The position numbers were made by a program, and so were the translations under genes. This document shows, piece after piece, positions 32,101-38,393 of a DNA stretch of 40,152 nucleotides. The stretch is from a virus. Lineage: Duplodnaviria > Caudoviricetes. Location of the stretch: IMG/VR virus record IMGVR_UViG_3300028633_000016, positions 1 through 40,152 of that record. One strand, written 5' to 3'. Each line of letters opens with the position of its first letter. Position 1 is the first letter of the stretch. The notes below the pieces were generated by a model that was given only the letters and a program-made list of their open reading frames with translations, did no database searches and was not told the origin of the DNA.

Positions 32101-32405
32101 AGTTTGATTGGGCAGATCTTGGGATCGTGAGACCATCACCTGTTTATGGAGCAAAAGATGTCCAATGGGTTCTGCAGACAGCCAAGAAGTATCGTCTCTA
32201 TCAGCATCCATTGGTTGAGTTTTTGAACAATGCGATAAAGGTCTATTACAGCGAGGATGTTCAGAAGGACAGAGAGGCTATGCTAAAGGTAGGGATGGAT
32301 GTTCGGGACATTGCAACGAAGATCCGGAATCAATGGGATCAACCTGGTGTTGATTTCGCAAAGATGTATAATGAAGCACAGGAATATAAAAAACTATCAA
32401 AATGA
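17169..32405 (+). CDS. 5078-aa large polyvalent (DarB-like) protein: GNAT-like, DarA C-terminal-like, N6-adenine DNA MTase, Strawberry-notch SF2 helicase, zincin, LPD38-like
   Basis: QFSTP / VLDPTGGHG / NEID / TNPPF (about 24340-24930); GDQTGVGKGR (25687), DESH (26082), SAT, GRINR; HELGH (29253)...EGVAEF; IPKPFELG near C-terminus; LRP...G.P..G...YDRKLT....FDLRP (22404-22563); KKGYATELY. Confidence 0.85.
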   Translation: MEKKRKKEEVPEQAPQIPVEQPTQDYTPDQQKVRKDLYFRDRDTFFADERLYRQDSVTQRETLGKFFDNFSVSYYNDMGLTDVNTIKELRQKFIDDNIGKLSLAKKKEVEEQPTEVPEVDYPDFVDKSQISNQFYSRQDIIKPVISDTYLNKANEGYKAVRAEEEKIAGVVPKLLEHPDYNYIKTNPEQYVLLEGFGEKKKVEKYLKEQGIPKEERSRILDMLHYTATRSNIEKLKAAWDPEKLNLAVDQEAVPYVKDVKPGTFIDPLTGQRKLQPETEEDADQLALIQKYMQEIRNGAIASSPDNPLSKKKEQIDQKQDQLVEAYQQVEELRKVAQDSLKGALIATSPEVDAWKKAQIDLIKMQSDLEKEINDFNEAIDTDKNIAGAITGNPSDKQRLQQIVQDSFIEKKFWDKEYDRLNKIYKETSTPYADPEQAARTIGFRPAPISPAMENARRMKYEKTAMFEAASRMYYANEGPMDIKKDAKYQLEVLGDAILKGVSHQDILGDKVTEQQVLMKMGELGMREGLLTDEELDYITPGFLEQVMSFSGSLAADLPMLMLVGGATNAVKSIPLISKLRYGHKVIQNPVLKEAGKPLTRTLRFADPVPTGWKVISEVKPTAISKLKGTIISSVIDEAAFTGMMGMTPGFMTGINTAHLFLPEVKLKGKWGNILQPFIDTVYKSAIGATAGMEAGLATTAMANALLSDSTIKQEMDNLYPNLDEVTKRVLVELTVNGIFFGGMGALTTGSQKAMTAPLGAKWGKSGGTSWTAYFNPKMRARVFEAARTADSKGYTDTAKELYRWLDMTKEPITGKDLKMQRLAEVEGYARSLPVGTLRMAVDANRDAIRVLENLNNDPNFDGYVTIKTSSAKDVKPTDVVQMDGKYYEVSEIAKGKDGKPIEFTLIDIESGQKTKALTEDVKTDIYYKVGSRLELGLRLENHYERLQVFNEVLADKGFYGKEAQALMAGPPPPKGLGRATGTFYVKPPEPTKIEKRLKRLEADKAEMQKAGIEPIEMPEKLRKEYPYGEPEKLMETPAGKFSENLAKAQELLSKETENIDKKLGELNKQLEGYSKREFRKERELAREEIQRLEYAKQELALKFEKEFDQFFTDSMPVIESHIKGKGDFSNEEIKEIIGIAWDKITNPSKETKDLSIGEIFDQSIAEFTGEKPDVKPVEPMDRMREIEAMAKAEGYTFTVNPDADPDRTVVDVADAEGRIIDWDELPRGIREMAEEFSELMHKEEIATGGEPSGKFQDDYTPTQIKGMYEFFGVKFDRVTVIRMPDGAYRIKFDEEDPIFIRSNEDLIAEFQKRTDADVAKIKEQLTQRGINIQKKETTKKIIPTAKPQFPEGFKSTITSKTDKMGVNKFTYALYEPDGKTKVSQLTFDIEEKMGEKWLSAPQIVTVTGQEKKGYATELYKYALQNMPEGISGIYSIASEIHDKGAVGAIHDKLAQFYNIKVLENGDKIIRPKKAEEATKGVDPEERRRFVNNQLVSLALEYNASGRVADKRNILQRINSLASEIGYTVKMDGKTVVVLNEKGKKARSISLKEAYDTLETIDDPGFKEFLGQAINAWEFFYSIDAPAMGEVGLKTAAEILLAGRGTKHTQLLVDALRQMYQRGELVFDDPFGTKMYHPVAEYMEYIKGVKAEAWTNFIAEYGDLTIENVEEAAKRRIIDKADVQLYKQAIAEEHEIRRKLEAEWAAEEARRAAGGISEEDNAPDVVKGKGAEPKEPAPKPSPEPKEYRYQLTLRPASEGGYPKEGLVKVELEPGQKFETLIYDRKLTAKERGHFDLRPLTEIADIKGKDLVDKDGNYSKISLKWHEMGSADVSMYDMDGELVEKPFMMSADDILRNIETGYWIVQEEKPAPKEKPVEPTKPGKPAKKQVDIAKDLKDMKDLLNLLGGPDPAGFGMEGGGEDEMKVRMNMMATKMIGKFAEAGITNFEDMLEQIIPQLDAPVLQRLLPFIKQGFGALSMNSTDEIMEKMSAQLPFVRKFGQTELDNLIARMNAPEETADDFSDVIGKEFRIIKNSKRITIHHVEEWGEAEYFKNVKAHDGLFAEEQKFPMLVVAFDREPFKYAKLETLRKGIASGQIVEIVPKPEYNNPERTEAYNKIAQEFEKLGDREMAEWIRGRAKVEPARGLTLEKDIENLKACVSERKLELQVKYGEIWFEPKPFTPLTAKNLFGIIDRVDESGDPLEPYIMANVPAETLKKVLDLLNEVNRWKAFIGMPQDGILPYRFLQNQFGGIAPIDLLLFLGQEARRIAKGDKRTKPEKIQQRLKQLDEAIVAGEKKLIDLKKYLFTHRIAYYLNNGVAIGNVGDLKRMAKEDFGITDLTTIRDQAEMALTMLAKRIAQNSTIDFSDRFYRIVALYESFPLQDRLATSQVKELKQFSTPVPLGFLMGAYTNSDVVQSVLDPTGGHGALVIFANTKNVRINEIDPNRFQSLLSQGYRVTNYDARESLKGKLDPSIFYAVNTNPPFGLDVEGDFKGAGKYPYTLSGTHYMVALALENMADEGKAAVIIGYHTKFDKDGYMTGEDLKFFNWLHSNFYVEDVIQIAGDLYSKMGTSFPTRLILINGRKPAFEGFAPQRTENDVPLNNWTDVFNRITKIISDPHEKSILQSKVDAIGRDGTSVRSTDSSKPKNTEDIGPVQPPPGEVPGTPGERPGETKKPTIGDVPKSAPGEDVERPGGPDTELPTDDKSPRGIENPFKRPTPVDRGEIRPPANPGDLPPDRSREPIERTGRSLGLIDRESDAVIPYVPLSRIPSGNEMVPGAMAQQLEDALMQLKAEVGDIDEYVMQKLKYNSLEHLASAFYGSQVDGVAMSIFNIENGDATIIGDQTGVGKGRIAAGAVAYAIENGFTPIFITKTANLFTDIYRDLFDIGKADYVPFIINKEYGGEVTKIYKPNSEEVMFTWDPKKYEAAIAKGELPKGTHFVIATYSQFNTDKGNSLKRREFLLSLAPNAVFIMDESHDASGNSNTGEFFKDFIQRAKGGVYLSATFAKRPDNLPIYAMKTVLREANMSYEDLVEAISNGGPALQEIISSQLAQSIQFTRRQLNMENIERNWYVLGNDESGSMFYNPELGKQLRKDYDAVTEIMREIVQFQRQHIKPVIEGMDKDIKKQGERAGIKKGTVDLGVDNYPYFSKVFNVVNQLLLSIKVKHVIPLIVDELRKGRKPFITLSSTMEAMIQDLNLEYDEVIEADFREVLRRGLNGVMRYTVKTPSGVPEHHVLDLSELSDMGSAAYKALMDKIRTVSTGISISPIDVLIKGIQDAGFKVAEITGRQTRFELSDDYIKGKYVPNRRPNKNKLLTSFNNEPGWAIIANVSGSTGLSAHSKPTYKDTMQRVGINLQPDLDVNVVVQKDGRINRSDQVNKPEYIHIISVLPAEKRIAMMNAKKLKSLYANTTSNQQSSKSITDTTDFLNKYGDQIVLEYLQENPDINDKMGNPVDLSKDAPETAGLAHKVTGKLAILPIDEQEAFYNEIIQRYEAEIDYLNATDQNDLEVKNVPLNAVTLEKEVAVMGKGGISVFGDDTVLETVEVDMMRKPLSKKQIDEAVSAVLGDKDVEAYTADLIAKMKAGIDEVYSKRIANLQQTYDAVVAAKRKEAESKTGRAEDIEYTLKNELEDLRTRHEDMIAANLSFAEVNKDRYVRLMRFFYPGRVLEVPFDASGDLSLIRMNKGIFLGFDINEAKSNPYAPSNVILRFATADSRRQFRVPASKDPYISQILANSYGIRQSEQAEIRETWDKIRPSREREKRYIVTGNILQGMAKFNKGRLIEFTMQDGTVRQGLLLPENFIKDERKKIVIPASKALNIVKGLAIMDYIESSSGNIQILKDRPTYDGSVTYQLRVPASRSRGEKYWGDKGLQDFVYDRIFNVHGDKMVGIVSEPRLEGLLNYIEKQYGETFEVRADNVVKGSSSQGSGIDMIREFERATKKVNGHGETRPEAEAKARKSKVDPRDRVNPEPIVGMEPKPIWQILKDFSDVVDQKIYWDKSVRRGAGSYTPALGKLVVDKLFKGRLDVSTHELGHALDDMFGLVGPEAEPLYDTFRPELAKLWQFGSKPPKGDPNPLMYQMREGVAEFFRAYIVNPVETARRFPEFTRWFEGRVKRMSPKVWDAIETLSKDVREYLGASGVDRMRKHVKWGLPKEGKVKWGWTSLFKPTSKMGDWIVTKFDLFALKWLNEGRIAEKAWRWAMASRGKNVQDPTKVPPSENFITLSHLLLGSMDKVGDMMMFGVTDNKLNRVIDPVTGEAVSIPWQYEAIPSGSLDEMKKFMQEAFAFNAADRVLEVIWKIGGRQVKIDLAQDNDMLPPLEILKKYPHIADKYHNKIDRILTKIMKGELDPKDVFYPADRYNHDNDLILGIAQEGETDKMIADKVKKEWDQLKINNPERAKQIEEYNRRYMLNVMSYNRYAWEGGLMTDDLYELINIEDLNYIAFHRYFREHGPGTESWEVKGFNDFYHIGKDSRGYEGRLHIYTIKGSPHPVVDPYLIQLETAHSLIVNTDKNNVLRHWALAFTGDREFYDEDRVEIANIGYITRQPGQSGTSLKFYLRGKPLWITIQDPHVYASLKGLNESPLFPKWATFFPSMLRSMVTHSIPFFIRNPIRDFFTRLIVAGAKTLPNPRKVIEHYNERPKHLLDLAGGGQFGFYIKNQVDYYRLQREWMFQHANDPHKYFMDFKTFINTNWDNIDRFFSKSEKINRISLFRAEYDKGIKMGLTPYDATIRAAFEARDLLDFHVAGTYMKSLNQFVVFSNAAIRGLDKMVRSARDNPGQFLAWWAMVALAPSLANSILIAQMDDDTIAEYKQLPAYQRDMYYNIPLGNGRWLSIPKPFELGYMASSVQRILDSLILDDDKAFTEDWYRLGYKAFFPFDFAGLTGGFAGVIHAATKRDYFRDKWIIPPSEMDISVAIRNTERATVVGRGLQKLSGIGGEPKWDARMVDDFIMAQFPYYGKYVLKSAEILFSDKVVQKEMQFDWADLGIVRPSPVYGAKDVQWVLQTAKKYRLYQHPLVEFLNNAIKVYYSEDVQKDREAMLKVGMDVRDIATKIRNQWDQPGVDFAKMYNEAQEYKKLSK

Positions 32406-32851
32406 AAAAGACATTACTAATTGTAGCATTACTAGGGATCATTGCGATATCCTCAAGCGCACAGGGAAAATGGGAAAACTTCTTCGGCAGAGTACCGGAG
32501 GTTGTCCCGACAAATGACAGGGGAGTCAACGTCCAGTGGCTATTCCGGCCAGTAGTTCAGGTATCAGCTATGCAATTCACGTTTTCCGATCAGGTTTTGG
32601 TTGCTCCCCTGTCTTCTTTAGGAACCGGCCTTACGATAGGTCACTTTACCGAACAGAATGGAGAGCCATACATGGACTATGCCTTCAGCGCAATAGTGCT
32701 GTTTGGTACAGACATTGGAGAGGTGTCGCCGGCAGAGATCTCCCTGGCAGGCACAATCCAGTTATGGCAATATGTTTCCTTCGGTGGTGGATATAACCTA
32801 TCAAGCAAAAAATTCTTTATCTTGACGGGAGTTGCATTTAATTTTAATTGA
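32402..32851 (+). CDS. Small outer-membrane beta-barrel-like protein
   Basis: Sec signal (SSA/Q), amphipathic strands, C-terminal GVAFNFN beta-signal-like end. Confidence 0.55.
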   Translation: MKKTLLIVALLGIIAISSSAQGKWENFFGRVPEVVPTNDRGVNVQWLFRPVVQVSAMQFTFSDQVLVAPLSSLGTGLTIGHFTEQNGEPYMDYAFSAIVLFGTDIGEVSPAEISLAGTIQLWQYVSFGGGYNLSSKKFFILTGVAFNFN

Positions 32852-32857
32852 AAATAT

Positions 32858-32886
32858 TTTACCATTAAATTTAATTGCTATATTTG
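32858..32886 (+). promoter_or_regulatory. Putative Bacteroidota sigma-A promoter heading the replication block
   Basis: TATATTTG at 32879-32886 (TAnnTTTG); TTTA 17 nt upstream; AT-rich intergenic gap at module boundary. Confidence 0.6.
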
Positions 32887-32908
32887 TCGGGAAAATAATT
32901 CAACAAAT

Positions 32909-33250
32909 ATGGCAGAGACAGAAAATGCAAGTAACGTCATTGTCGCCCAGAGCGTAGAGTGCAAGTTCGTAAAGACGGAACCTGCACTAGTTGAGAAGCT
33001 GGCGATCAAAAGAGGACTTCCGGTACAGGCTGTAAAGAGCATGATGCGGTACAATGTTTTTACCGTGAATCAGTTCGTCAGTCTGACCGGACTTCCTGTT
33101 TCCACAGTAACCAATAAGACCAGGCCATCAGTAGTAAATGGTCAGATCTATTTTGATCTTGATCCAGTCTATCCATTTCAGGATGCGGAAGGCACCGGTC
33201 CCAAGTTCATTTTACGAAACGAAAAGAGTGAGAGATATCTTAAATCATGA
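32909..33250 (+). CDS. Putative HTH DNA-binding protein
   Basis: FTVNQFVSLTGLPVSTVTN helix-turn-helix-like segment. Confidence 0.45.
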   Translation: MAETENASNVIVAQSVECKFVKTEPALVEKLAIKRGLPVQAVKSMMRYNVFTVNQFVSLTGLPVSTVTNKTRPSVVNGQIYFDLDPVYPFQDAEGTGPKFILRNEKSERYLKS

Positions 33251-35241
33251 CGTTCGAGGAACTGGGAATACACACAAAGTCGGGAGCCACCCGATACTAC
33301 ACTACTTGTCCAAAGTGTAACGATAGCCGCAAGAAGCACAAAAATGCTCCTTGCCTTACCGTAAACGATGAGCCGGGGAACCGGTGGTATAAATGTCATC
33401 ACTGCAACTTTAGCGGCAATCTTGATATTCAGGACAAGTATAAACTTGTGCTTGAGAATAGCAAGATGCCGAAACAACAAGCGGCAACATTCTCAACTGA
33501 GGTCCGGGAATACTTCAAGAGCCGGGGGATAGATCCGGCCATTGCCATCAGAGAGAAGGTTTTTGAATATTCCAACAGGGGTAAGCCTGTTGTGGGATTT
33601 CCTGCCTTCATCAACATGACGATGGTTAATGTCAAGTACCTCAACGTACGGTATAACGCAGAGGAAGGCGGATTGAAGTGGTGGCAGATGAATAAGGAGT
33701 ATGGCAGTAAGGCTATCTTCTGGGGTATGCAGTCAATCCGGTTTGAGGAGAATGACGAGATGCAGAAGAAGCGTATTGTCATCATTACCGAGGGAGAGAT
33801 TGATACATTAACATGGAAGCAGTGCGGATACAACAATGCCATCAGCGTACCGCAGGGCGCACCATCTCCAAAGGCCAAGAACTTTACCGATGAGTTCAAC
33901 TATGTTGAGGATCCTTACGTTCAAAGTTTCTTTCATCCGGACAACGTGGATCTCATTGTCTTTTCTACGGACAATGATGAGCCTGGGAAGTTTTTACGCG
34001 AACATCTTGTGCATTTCTTCGGCAAGGTCCGGTGTCGCTATATTAATTATCCGGTAGGCTATAAAGACATCAATGAGGTGTACAATGGTGATAAGAAGAA
34101 GAATCTGCCGGCACTGGGTAAGAAGGGAGTCGATGAGTGCTTTAACAACTTATCAACATTCGCAGTAGCAGGGGTCATTAAGCTTTATGATGTCATTGAC
34201 GAACTGAACCAGTATTCAAAGAACGGGTTCCTTCCGGGATACGGTACCGGAATATCTTATGTTGACAGGCTATTTACGCTTAAGCCAAAGCATATCACCT
34301 TCGTCACTGGCGTTCCTGGTGCCGGAAAGTCAGTATTCATCCGGTGGTACTTGGCGCAGTTTGTTCGGCACAATGAAAAGGAGAATCTCAAATGGGCTAT
34401 GTTCACCCCGGAAAACAGGCCTGTTTCGAGAGAGTATGCGAAATTGGCAGAGGTACTGGCAGGGCAGAGGCTTCAGGAGGGATTTGCCAATTCGATGAGT
34501 GAGGAGAAGAAACAGAAGGTGTACCATTATATCTCAAAGCACTTCTTTGTCGTATCTCCGGACCGGAATAATTTTGAGACATTCAATGGCAAGATCCAGA
34601 TGAACCAGATCAATACATTGAACTCAATTCTTGAATACCTCATACATTTAAAGAAGACGGAGGATATTTTCGGCTATGTCATTGATGCCTGGAATAAGAT
34701 AGAGCATGAGCAACCAAAATGGATGCCTGAAACATCATTTATTTCGCAGCAGCTTGATTATCTCATCAACTTCAATGACACATATAACGTGCATGGTATT
34801 ATCATCGTACATCCAAGAAAAGTGGATCTGCAGAGCGACATGAACTACAAGATGCCATCGCTATATGACATAAAGGGGTCTTCTGCATGGAAGGAGAAAG
34901 CAGATATTGGCATATTGGTTCATAGAAATAAGCTAAAGAGAAGGCCAAAGCATGAGATCACGGATGATATGGACGAGGAGGACAAGTATTATACCGACAA
35001 GTCTGCACCTACCATTGTTAGAACTGAGAAGATCCGCTTTGAAGAGATAGGAGAGGAGGGATCCGTAAAACTTTCAATGGATTTTGCTAAGGGAGGCTCC
35101 TTTTCTTTATTTGAGCCGAAGAAAGATAACGCTGAAGAAGCGCCGAAGTATGCCCCGAATAATATCAACAGATATGAGGGGAAGCAGAATGACGATGATT
35201 TTGTCATTCAAGACGAGGATAAAGAAGATTTACCATTCTAG
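33247..35241 (+). CDS. DNA primase-helicase (T7 gp4/Twinkle-like)
   Basis: Zn ribbon CPKC..CHHC; TOPRIM ITEGEID, DNDEPG, KDINE; Walker A GVPGAGKS; HP.K, DIKGS; acidic tail ending DLPF. Confidence 0.92.
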   Translation: MTFEELGIHTKSGATRYYTTCPKCNDSRKKHKNAPCLTVNDEPGNRWYKCHHCNFSGNLDIQDKYKLVLENSKMPKQQAATFSTEVREYFKSRGIDPAIAIREKVFEYSNRGKPVVGFPAFINMTMVNVKYLNVRYNAEEGGLKWWQMNKEYGSKAIFWGMQSIRFEENDEMQKKRIVIITEGEIDTLTWKQCGYNNAISVPQGAPSPKAKNFTDEFNYVEDPYVQSFFHPDNVDLIVFSTDNDEPGKFLREHLVHFFGKVRCRYINYPVGYKDINEVYNGDKKKNLPALGKKGVDECFNNLSTFAVAGVIKLYDVIDELNQYSKNGFLPGYGTGISYVDRLFTLKPKHITFVTGVPGAGKSVFIRWYLAQFVRHNEKENLKWAMFTPENRPVSREYAKLAEVLAGQRLQEGFANSMSEEKKQKVYHYISKHFFVVSPDRNNFETFNGKIQMNQINTLNSILEYLIHLKKTEDIFGYVIDAWNKIEHEQPKWMPETSFISQQLDYLINFNDTYNVHGIIIVHPRKVDLQSDMNYKMPSLYDIKGSSAWKEKADIGILVHRNKLKRRPKHEITDDMDEEDKYYTDKSAPTIVRTEKIRFEEIGEEGSVKLSMDFAKGGSFSLFEPKKDNAEEAPKYAPNNINRYEGKQNDDDFVIQDEDKEDLPF

Positions 35242-35243
35242 AA

Positions 35244-35459
35244 ATGATGATCATACATAGAGGAATATCATGCGACAGATGTGGAGAAGTGTTGGTTCTC
35301 GATGGGACGATACAGAACGGGTATGCAGTTTATCGCGTCTATGGAGAGCCGGAGAGCAAACACTATCTCTGTGCTATGTGCAACCAGGACTGGGCAGGCT
35401 ATTATCTTGTTGTTGGATGGGAACTTGAGACTGAATTATTAACAATAGATACAAACTAA
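35244..35459 (+). CDS. Small putative zinc-binding protein
   Basis: CDRC and HYLCAMC. Confidence 0.55.
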   Translation: MMIIHRGISCDRCGEVLVLDGTIQNGYAVYRVYGEPESKHYLCAMCNQDWAGYYLVVGWELETELLTIDTN

Positions 35460-35460
35460 T

Positions 35461-35712
35461 ATGGAGATTCTTGGAAAAGCAGTATTGATTAAGCCGGACG
35501 AATTGCCGGAGACAACCAGGGGAGGCCTTATCGTGCCTAAAACAGCAAAGGAAAAGCCAAACAAAGGCCTGGTTATTGATGCCGGCCATGCCTGTACGGA
35601 GGTAAGACGAAACGACCGGGTTCATTATGTAAGGAAGGCCGCAAGCATACTTATAATCGATGACATTGAGCATCACCTGGTATTTGAGGACAAAATACTT
35701 TACATCGAATAA
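35461..35712 (+). CDS. groES: Co-chaperonin GroES/Cpn10
   Basis: LG..VLIKP....ETTRGGLIVP..AKEKP..G.V...G; V...D.V.Y; E..IL. Confidence 0.9.
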   Translation: MEILGKAVLIKPDELPETTRGGLIVPKTAKEKPNKGLVIDAGHACTEVRRNDRVHYVRKAASILIIDDIEHHLVFEDKILYIE

Positions 35713-35713
35713 T

Positions 35714-36133
35714 ATGGAGCAACTGGCAAATAATTATGAGTTTTCAAAAGCGCTTGACGCATTTGAAGAAAGAGAGATTAAGGTACTCTCACAGAAACTC
35801 AATGAGGCGTTTGTGATCTTGAGTGATCTCAACTACAAATGGAAGGACGCAGATCAAAAGAAGGCGGCTGAAGCACGCTACAAGGCAATGGAGGAACGGT
35901 ATAACTTTCTCCGGGACTTCTTCCAGCAGGGAAAGAGGCTGGCAAGACAGCATGAGGAACTTGTAGATGTGATCTCGAAGATATACTGGACATGGTACGA
36001 GAAGATATCCTACAAAGGGAAACAGGAAAAAGAACTGATGGAAGAACAGGTGGAAATGCTGATTGGGATCTTTGAGCAGATCTATGCCATAACGGAACCG
36101 CTGAAACTTAATTTTAAACCTCCAATAAAATAA
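35714..36133 (+). CDS. Hypothetical helical protein
   Basis: ATG at 35714 immediately after the groES stop. Confidence 0.6.
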   Translation: MEQLANNYEFSKALDAFEEREIKVLSQKLNEAFVILSDLNYKWKDADQKKAAEARYKAMEERYNFLRDFFQQGKRLARQHEELVDVISKIYWTWYEKISYKGKQEKELMEEQVEMLIGIFEQIYAITEPLKLNFKPPIK

Positions 36134-36139
36134 ATCGCT

Positions 36140-36712
36140 ATGAACAACGAAAGAAAGCTTGTAATCCAGAAGAGGCTCCAGGAAGCCTTGGAAGAAACAA
36201 AAATGTCACAGGGCAAGGCCGCAACAAATTTTGGCGTAAACCAAGGGTATGTCTCCATGATCAAGACAGGGAACAACTGGAAAGCAATTCCTGAATGTAT
36301 CTGGGAGCGTATGTATCTTTGGGTCGAAACCGGTATGAGCCTTGCTGACTATGTGTATGCTACCTTCACAAGGGATAGCATTGCTTACAAGTCGAACAAT
36401 GTTGAACAGATCGAGCCGGTAGCGAAGGAAGAGCCAGAACCGCAGGCTAGTGTCCCTCCGGGAGAAGCAATCGGTCCCTCCGAGGAAGAGTTGAAGAAAC
36501 AGGAGGCTGTCAGAAGAGGCGTTGACAAAATAATTGAGCGACTGGAACCCGTAAAGCTTCAGTCGAAAGAAGCCTTCTGGGCCGAATGCCAGGGCGAGCG
36601 ACTCCTTGCTGTAAAACACGCACTGATAAAAACACTTCAGGAAGGGGACCGGCTCCCGAAAGAATGGTTAGAGGAGTACGATGATTTATGGGTCAACCTT
36701 AATCTCAAATAG
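36140..36712 (+). CDS. XRE/Cro-like HTH protein
   Basis: MSQGKAATNFGVNQGYVSMIK. Confidence 0.65.
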   Translation: MNNERKLVIQKRLQEALEETKMSQGKAATNFGVNQGYVSMIKTGNNWKAIPECIWERMYLWVETGMSLADYVYATFTRDSIAYKSNNVEQIEPVAKEEPEPQASVPPGEAIGPSEEELKKQEAVRRGVDKIIERLEPVKLQSKEAFWAECQGERLLAVKHALIKTLQEGDRLPKEWLEEYDDLWVNLNLK

Positions 36713-36715
36713 AGA

Positions 36716-37819
36716 ATGAAATCAGATTTAATAATCACACGCATTGAACCGCATACCGATGAGTGGTATGAGTTTCGCAAAAATGGTATCGGAGGTTCGG
36801 AGATCGGCACAATCCTGGGCCTCAACAAATACGATACCGTTGTTCGGTTATTCCATGAGAAGGTAGGGGATTACGATCTCCGCAGGGACGATAACGAGAA
36901 GATGTTCTGGGGCCGTAAGCTTGAGGACGAGATTGCAGAAGTTTGGCGTTACTATGATGGGACCGATAGCGGCTATATCGAGAACCACAAAAACGGAAGG
37001 ATAGTCAGGGATTGCCGCAATATCAACGGATACATCGTGAATCCGAGATATCCCTGGCTATTTGCAAGCCTGGACCGAGTGATCAACATTAAAGGGGGAG
37101 TGAACTTTATCACAGGCGCACCGCTGACAACAGAGGGGGTCCTTGAGGTCAAGACACTCTCCTACTGGTCATCTCAGATGTGGACCGATGGGATCCCGAT
37201 ATCCTATCTTGCCCAGGTTCATCAGTACATGATCATCATTGAGAGTGATTACGCGGAGATTGCCATCCTTCAGGATGGGAACAATTTCAGGGTTGAAAAG
37301 ATCCAACGGGACGATGAACTATGTGAAAGGATCATTCAGATCTCAAAAGCCTTCTGGGAAAACAGGGTTCTGCCGGCCAAGGAAGCATTTGCCAAGAGGA
37401 AGATTGCGGCATCAAGCGGAAACATTGCAGAGGTTGAGAAACACCAGGCAGTTATTGACCGGCATGAGCCGGATCCGGATAATTCGGAGGCATACCAGGA
37501 TTTCATAAACGAGAGGTTCTTCCGGGAGGTAGAGAAGGTTGACGGGAATATTGATCAGTATGAACTCTGTAAAAAGGATGTCATGCTGAGAAAGATAAGT
37601 TCCAGAATAGACACGGAGAGAACCGGCATCCGGAATCTTTTGTTGAGGGACATGAACCGGGATGGGGCAGAAATGATAGATTTCGGCAAATTAGGGTCTA
37701 TAACGTGGTCAGAACGCAAGGGAGCCAAGAACAAGACATTTACCATACGGATCAAAGAAAGTCCCTCAGAAGCGAAAATTGAAAGCGAATTTGACAAAAT
37801 AAAGCCCTGTTGCTGGTAA
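36716..37819 (+). CDS. YqaJ-like (lambda-type) recombination exonuclease
   Basis: EW...RK.GIGGSE, WGR.LE..I, ASLDR, LEVKT, Y..QV..YM. Confidence 0.92.
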   Translation: MKSDLIITRIEPHTDEWYEFRKNGIGGSEIGTILGLNKYDTVVRLFHEKVGDYDLRRDDNEKMFWGRKLEDEIAEVWRYYDGTDSGYIENHKNGRIVRDCRNINGYIVNPRYPWLFASLDRVINIKGGVNFITGAPLTTEGVLEVKTLSYWSSQMWTDGIPISYLAQVHQYMIIIESDYAEIAILQDGNNFRVEKIQRDDELCERIIQISKAFWENRVLPAKEAFAKRKIAASSGNIAEVEKHQAVIDRHEPDPDNSEAYQDFINERFFREVEKVDGNIDQYELCKKDVMLRKISSRIDTERTGIRNLLLRDMNRDGAEMIDFGKLGSITWSERKGAKNKTFTIRIKESPSEAKIESEFDKIKPCCW

Positions 37820-38175
37820 TGATGAAGGAGACTGCCATAAAAAAGATGATTTCTTCGATGTACACAGAGGGGATCCTGTCAAAGGAAGACGAGGACAGGA
37901 TGAAGATATATCTTGACTGGATGTACCAGGCCGGATATGAGCAGGGGATGCGCGACTTTACAAAAGACATTGTTGGCAGGCCAGTTGAATTTTGTGACAG
38001 TCTTGGGAATATTATAAAGATATTCCCGAACACAAGGATAGCGGCAGAAGACACCGGATATGGTAGGAGTACGATCGCGGCCGCAATAAGATCAGAAAGA
38101 GTTACCAAGAGAGGACATATATGGAGGTATTTAGCAGATGAGCAGGATAAAAACGCTCGTAGAGGCGACGTATGA
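37819..38175 (+). CDS. Protein with NUMOD1-like DNA-binding HTH
   Basis: RPV...D..GNIIK.F.....AA...G...STI...I........GHIWRY. Confidence 0.65.
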   Translation: MMKETAIKKMISSMYTEGILSKEDEDRMKIYLDWMYQAGYEQGMRDFTKDIVGRPVEFCDSLGNIIKIFPNTRIAAEDTGYGRSTIAAAIRSERVTKRGHIWRYLADEQDKNARRGDV

Positions 38176-38380
38176 GGAAGACGGAGAAGAACGGAAGGGC
38201 AGTTACTGGCTACTTCATTGGGGTCTTAAATATGATTTACTTCCTGATAGCTATGGTAAGCTTGTTCCTGTGCATTATACTGTTGGCATTTGTCAGAATA
38301 TTCAAACTGGAGGAATAGAAATGTTTCTCCCAGATCAATTAAGGGTAGAAGGCGTTGTTGTTAATGGCGAATTACAGTGA
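38138..38380 (+). CDS. Hypothetical protein
   Basis: Co-oriented ORF in packed operon. Confidence 0.55.
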   Translation: MSRIKTLVEATYEEDGEERKGSYWLLHWGLKYDLLPDSYGKLVPVHYTVGICQNIQTGGIEMFLPDQLRVEGVVVNGELQ

Positions 38381-38393
38381 AACCAAAATAACG

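Noticed and set aside
17169-32405. crAss-type virion RNA polymerase
   Set aside because: No DxDxD catalytic motif in a recognisable context; the motifs are MTase, helicase and zincin.
37819-38175. Homing endonuclease
   Set aside because: Only a NUMOD1-like binding motif is present; no HNH or GIY-YIG domain.
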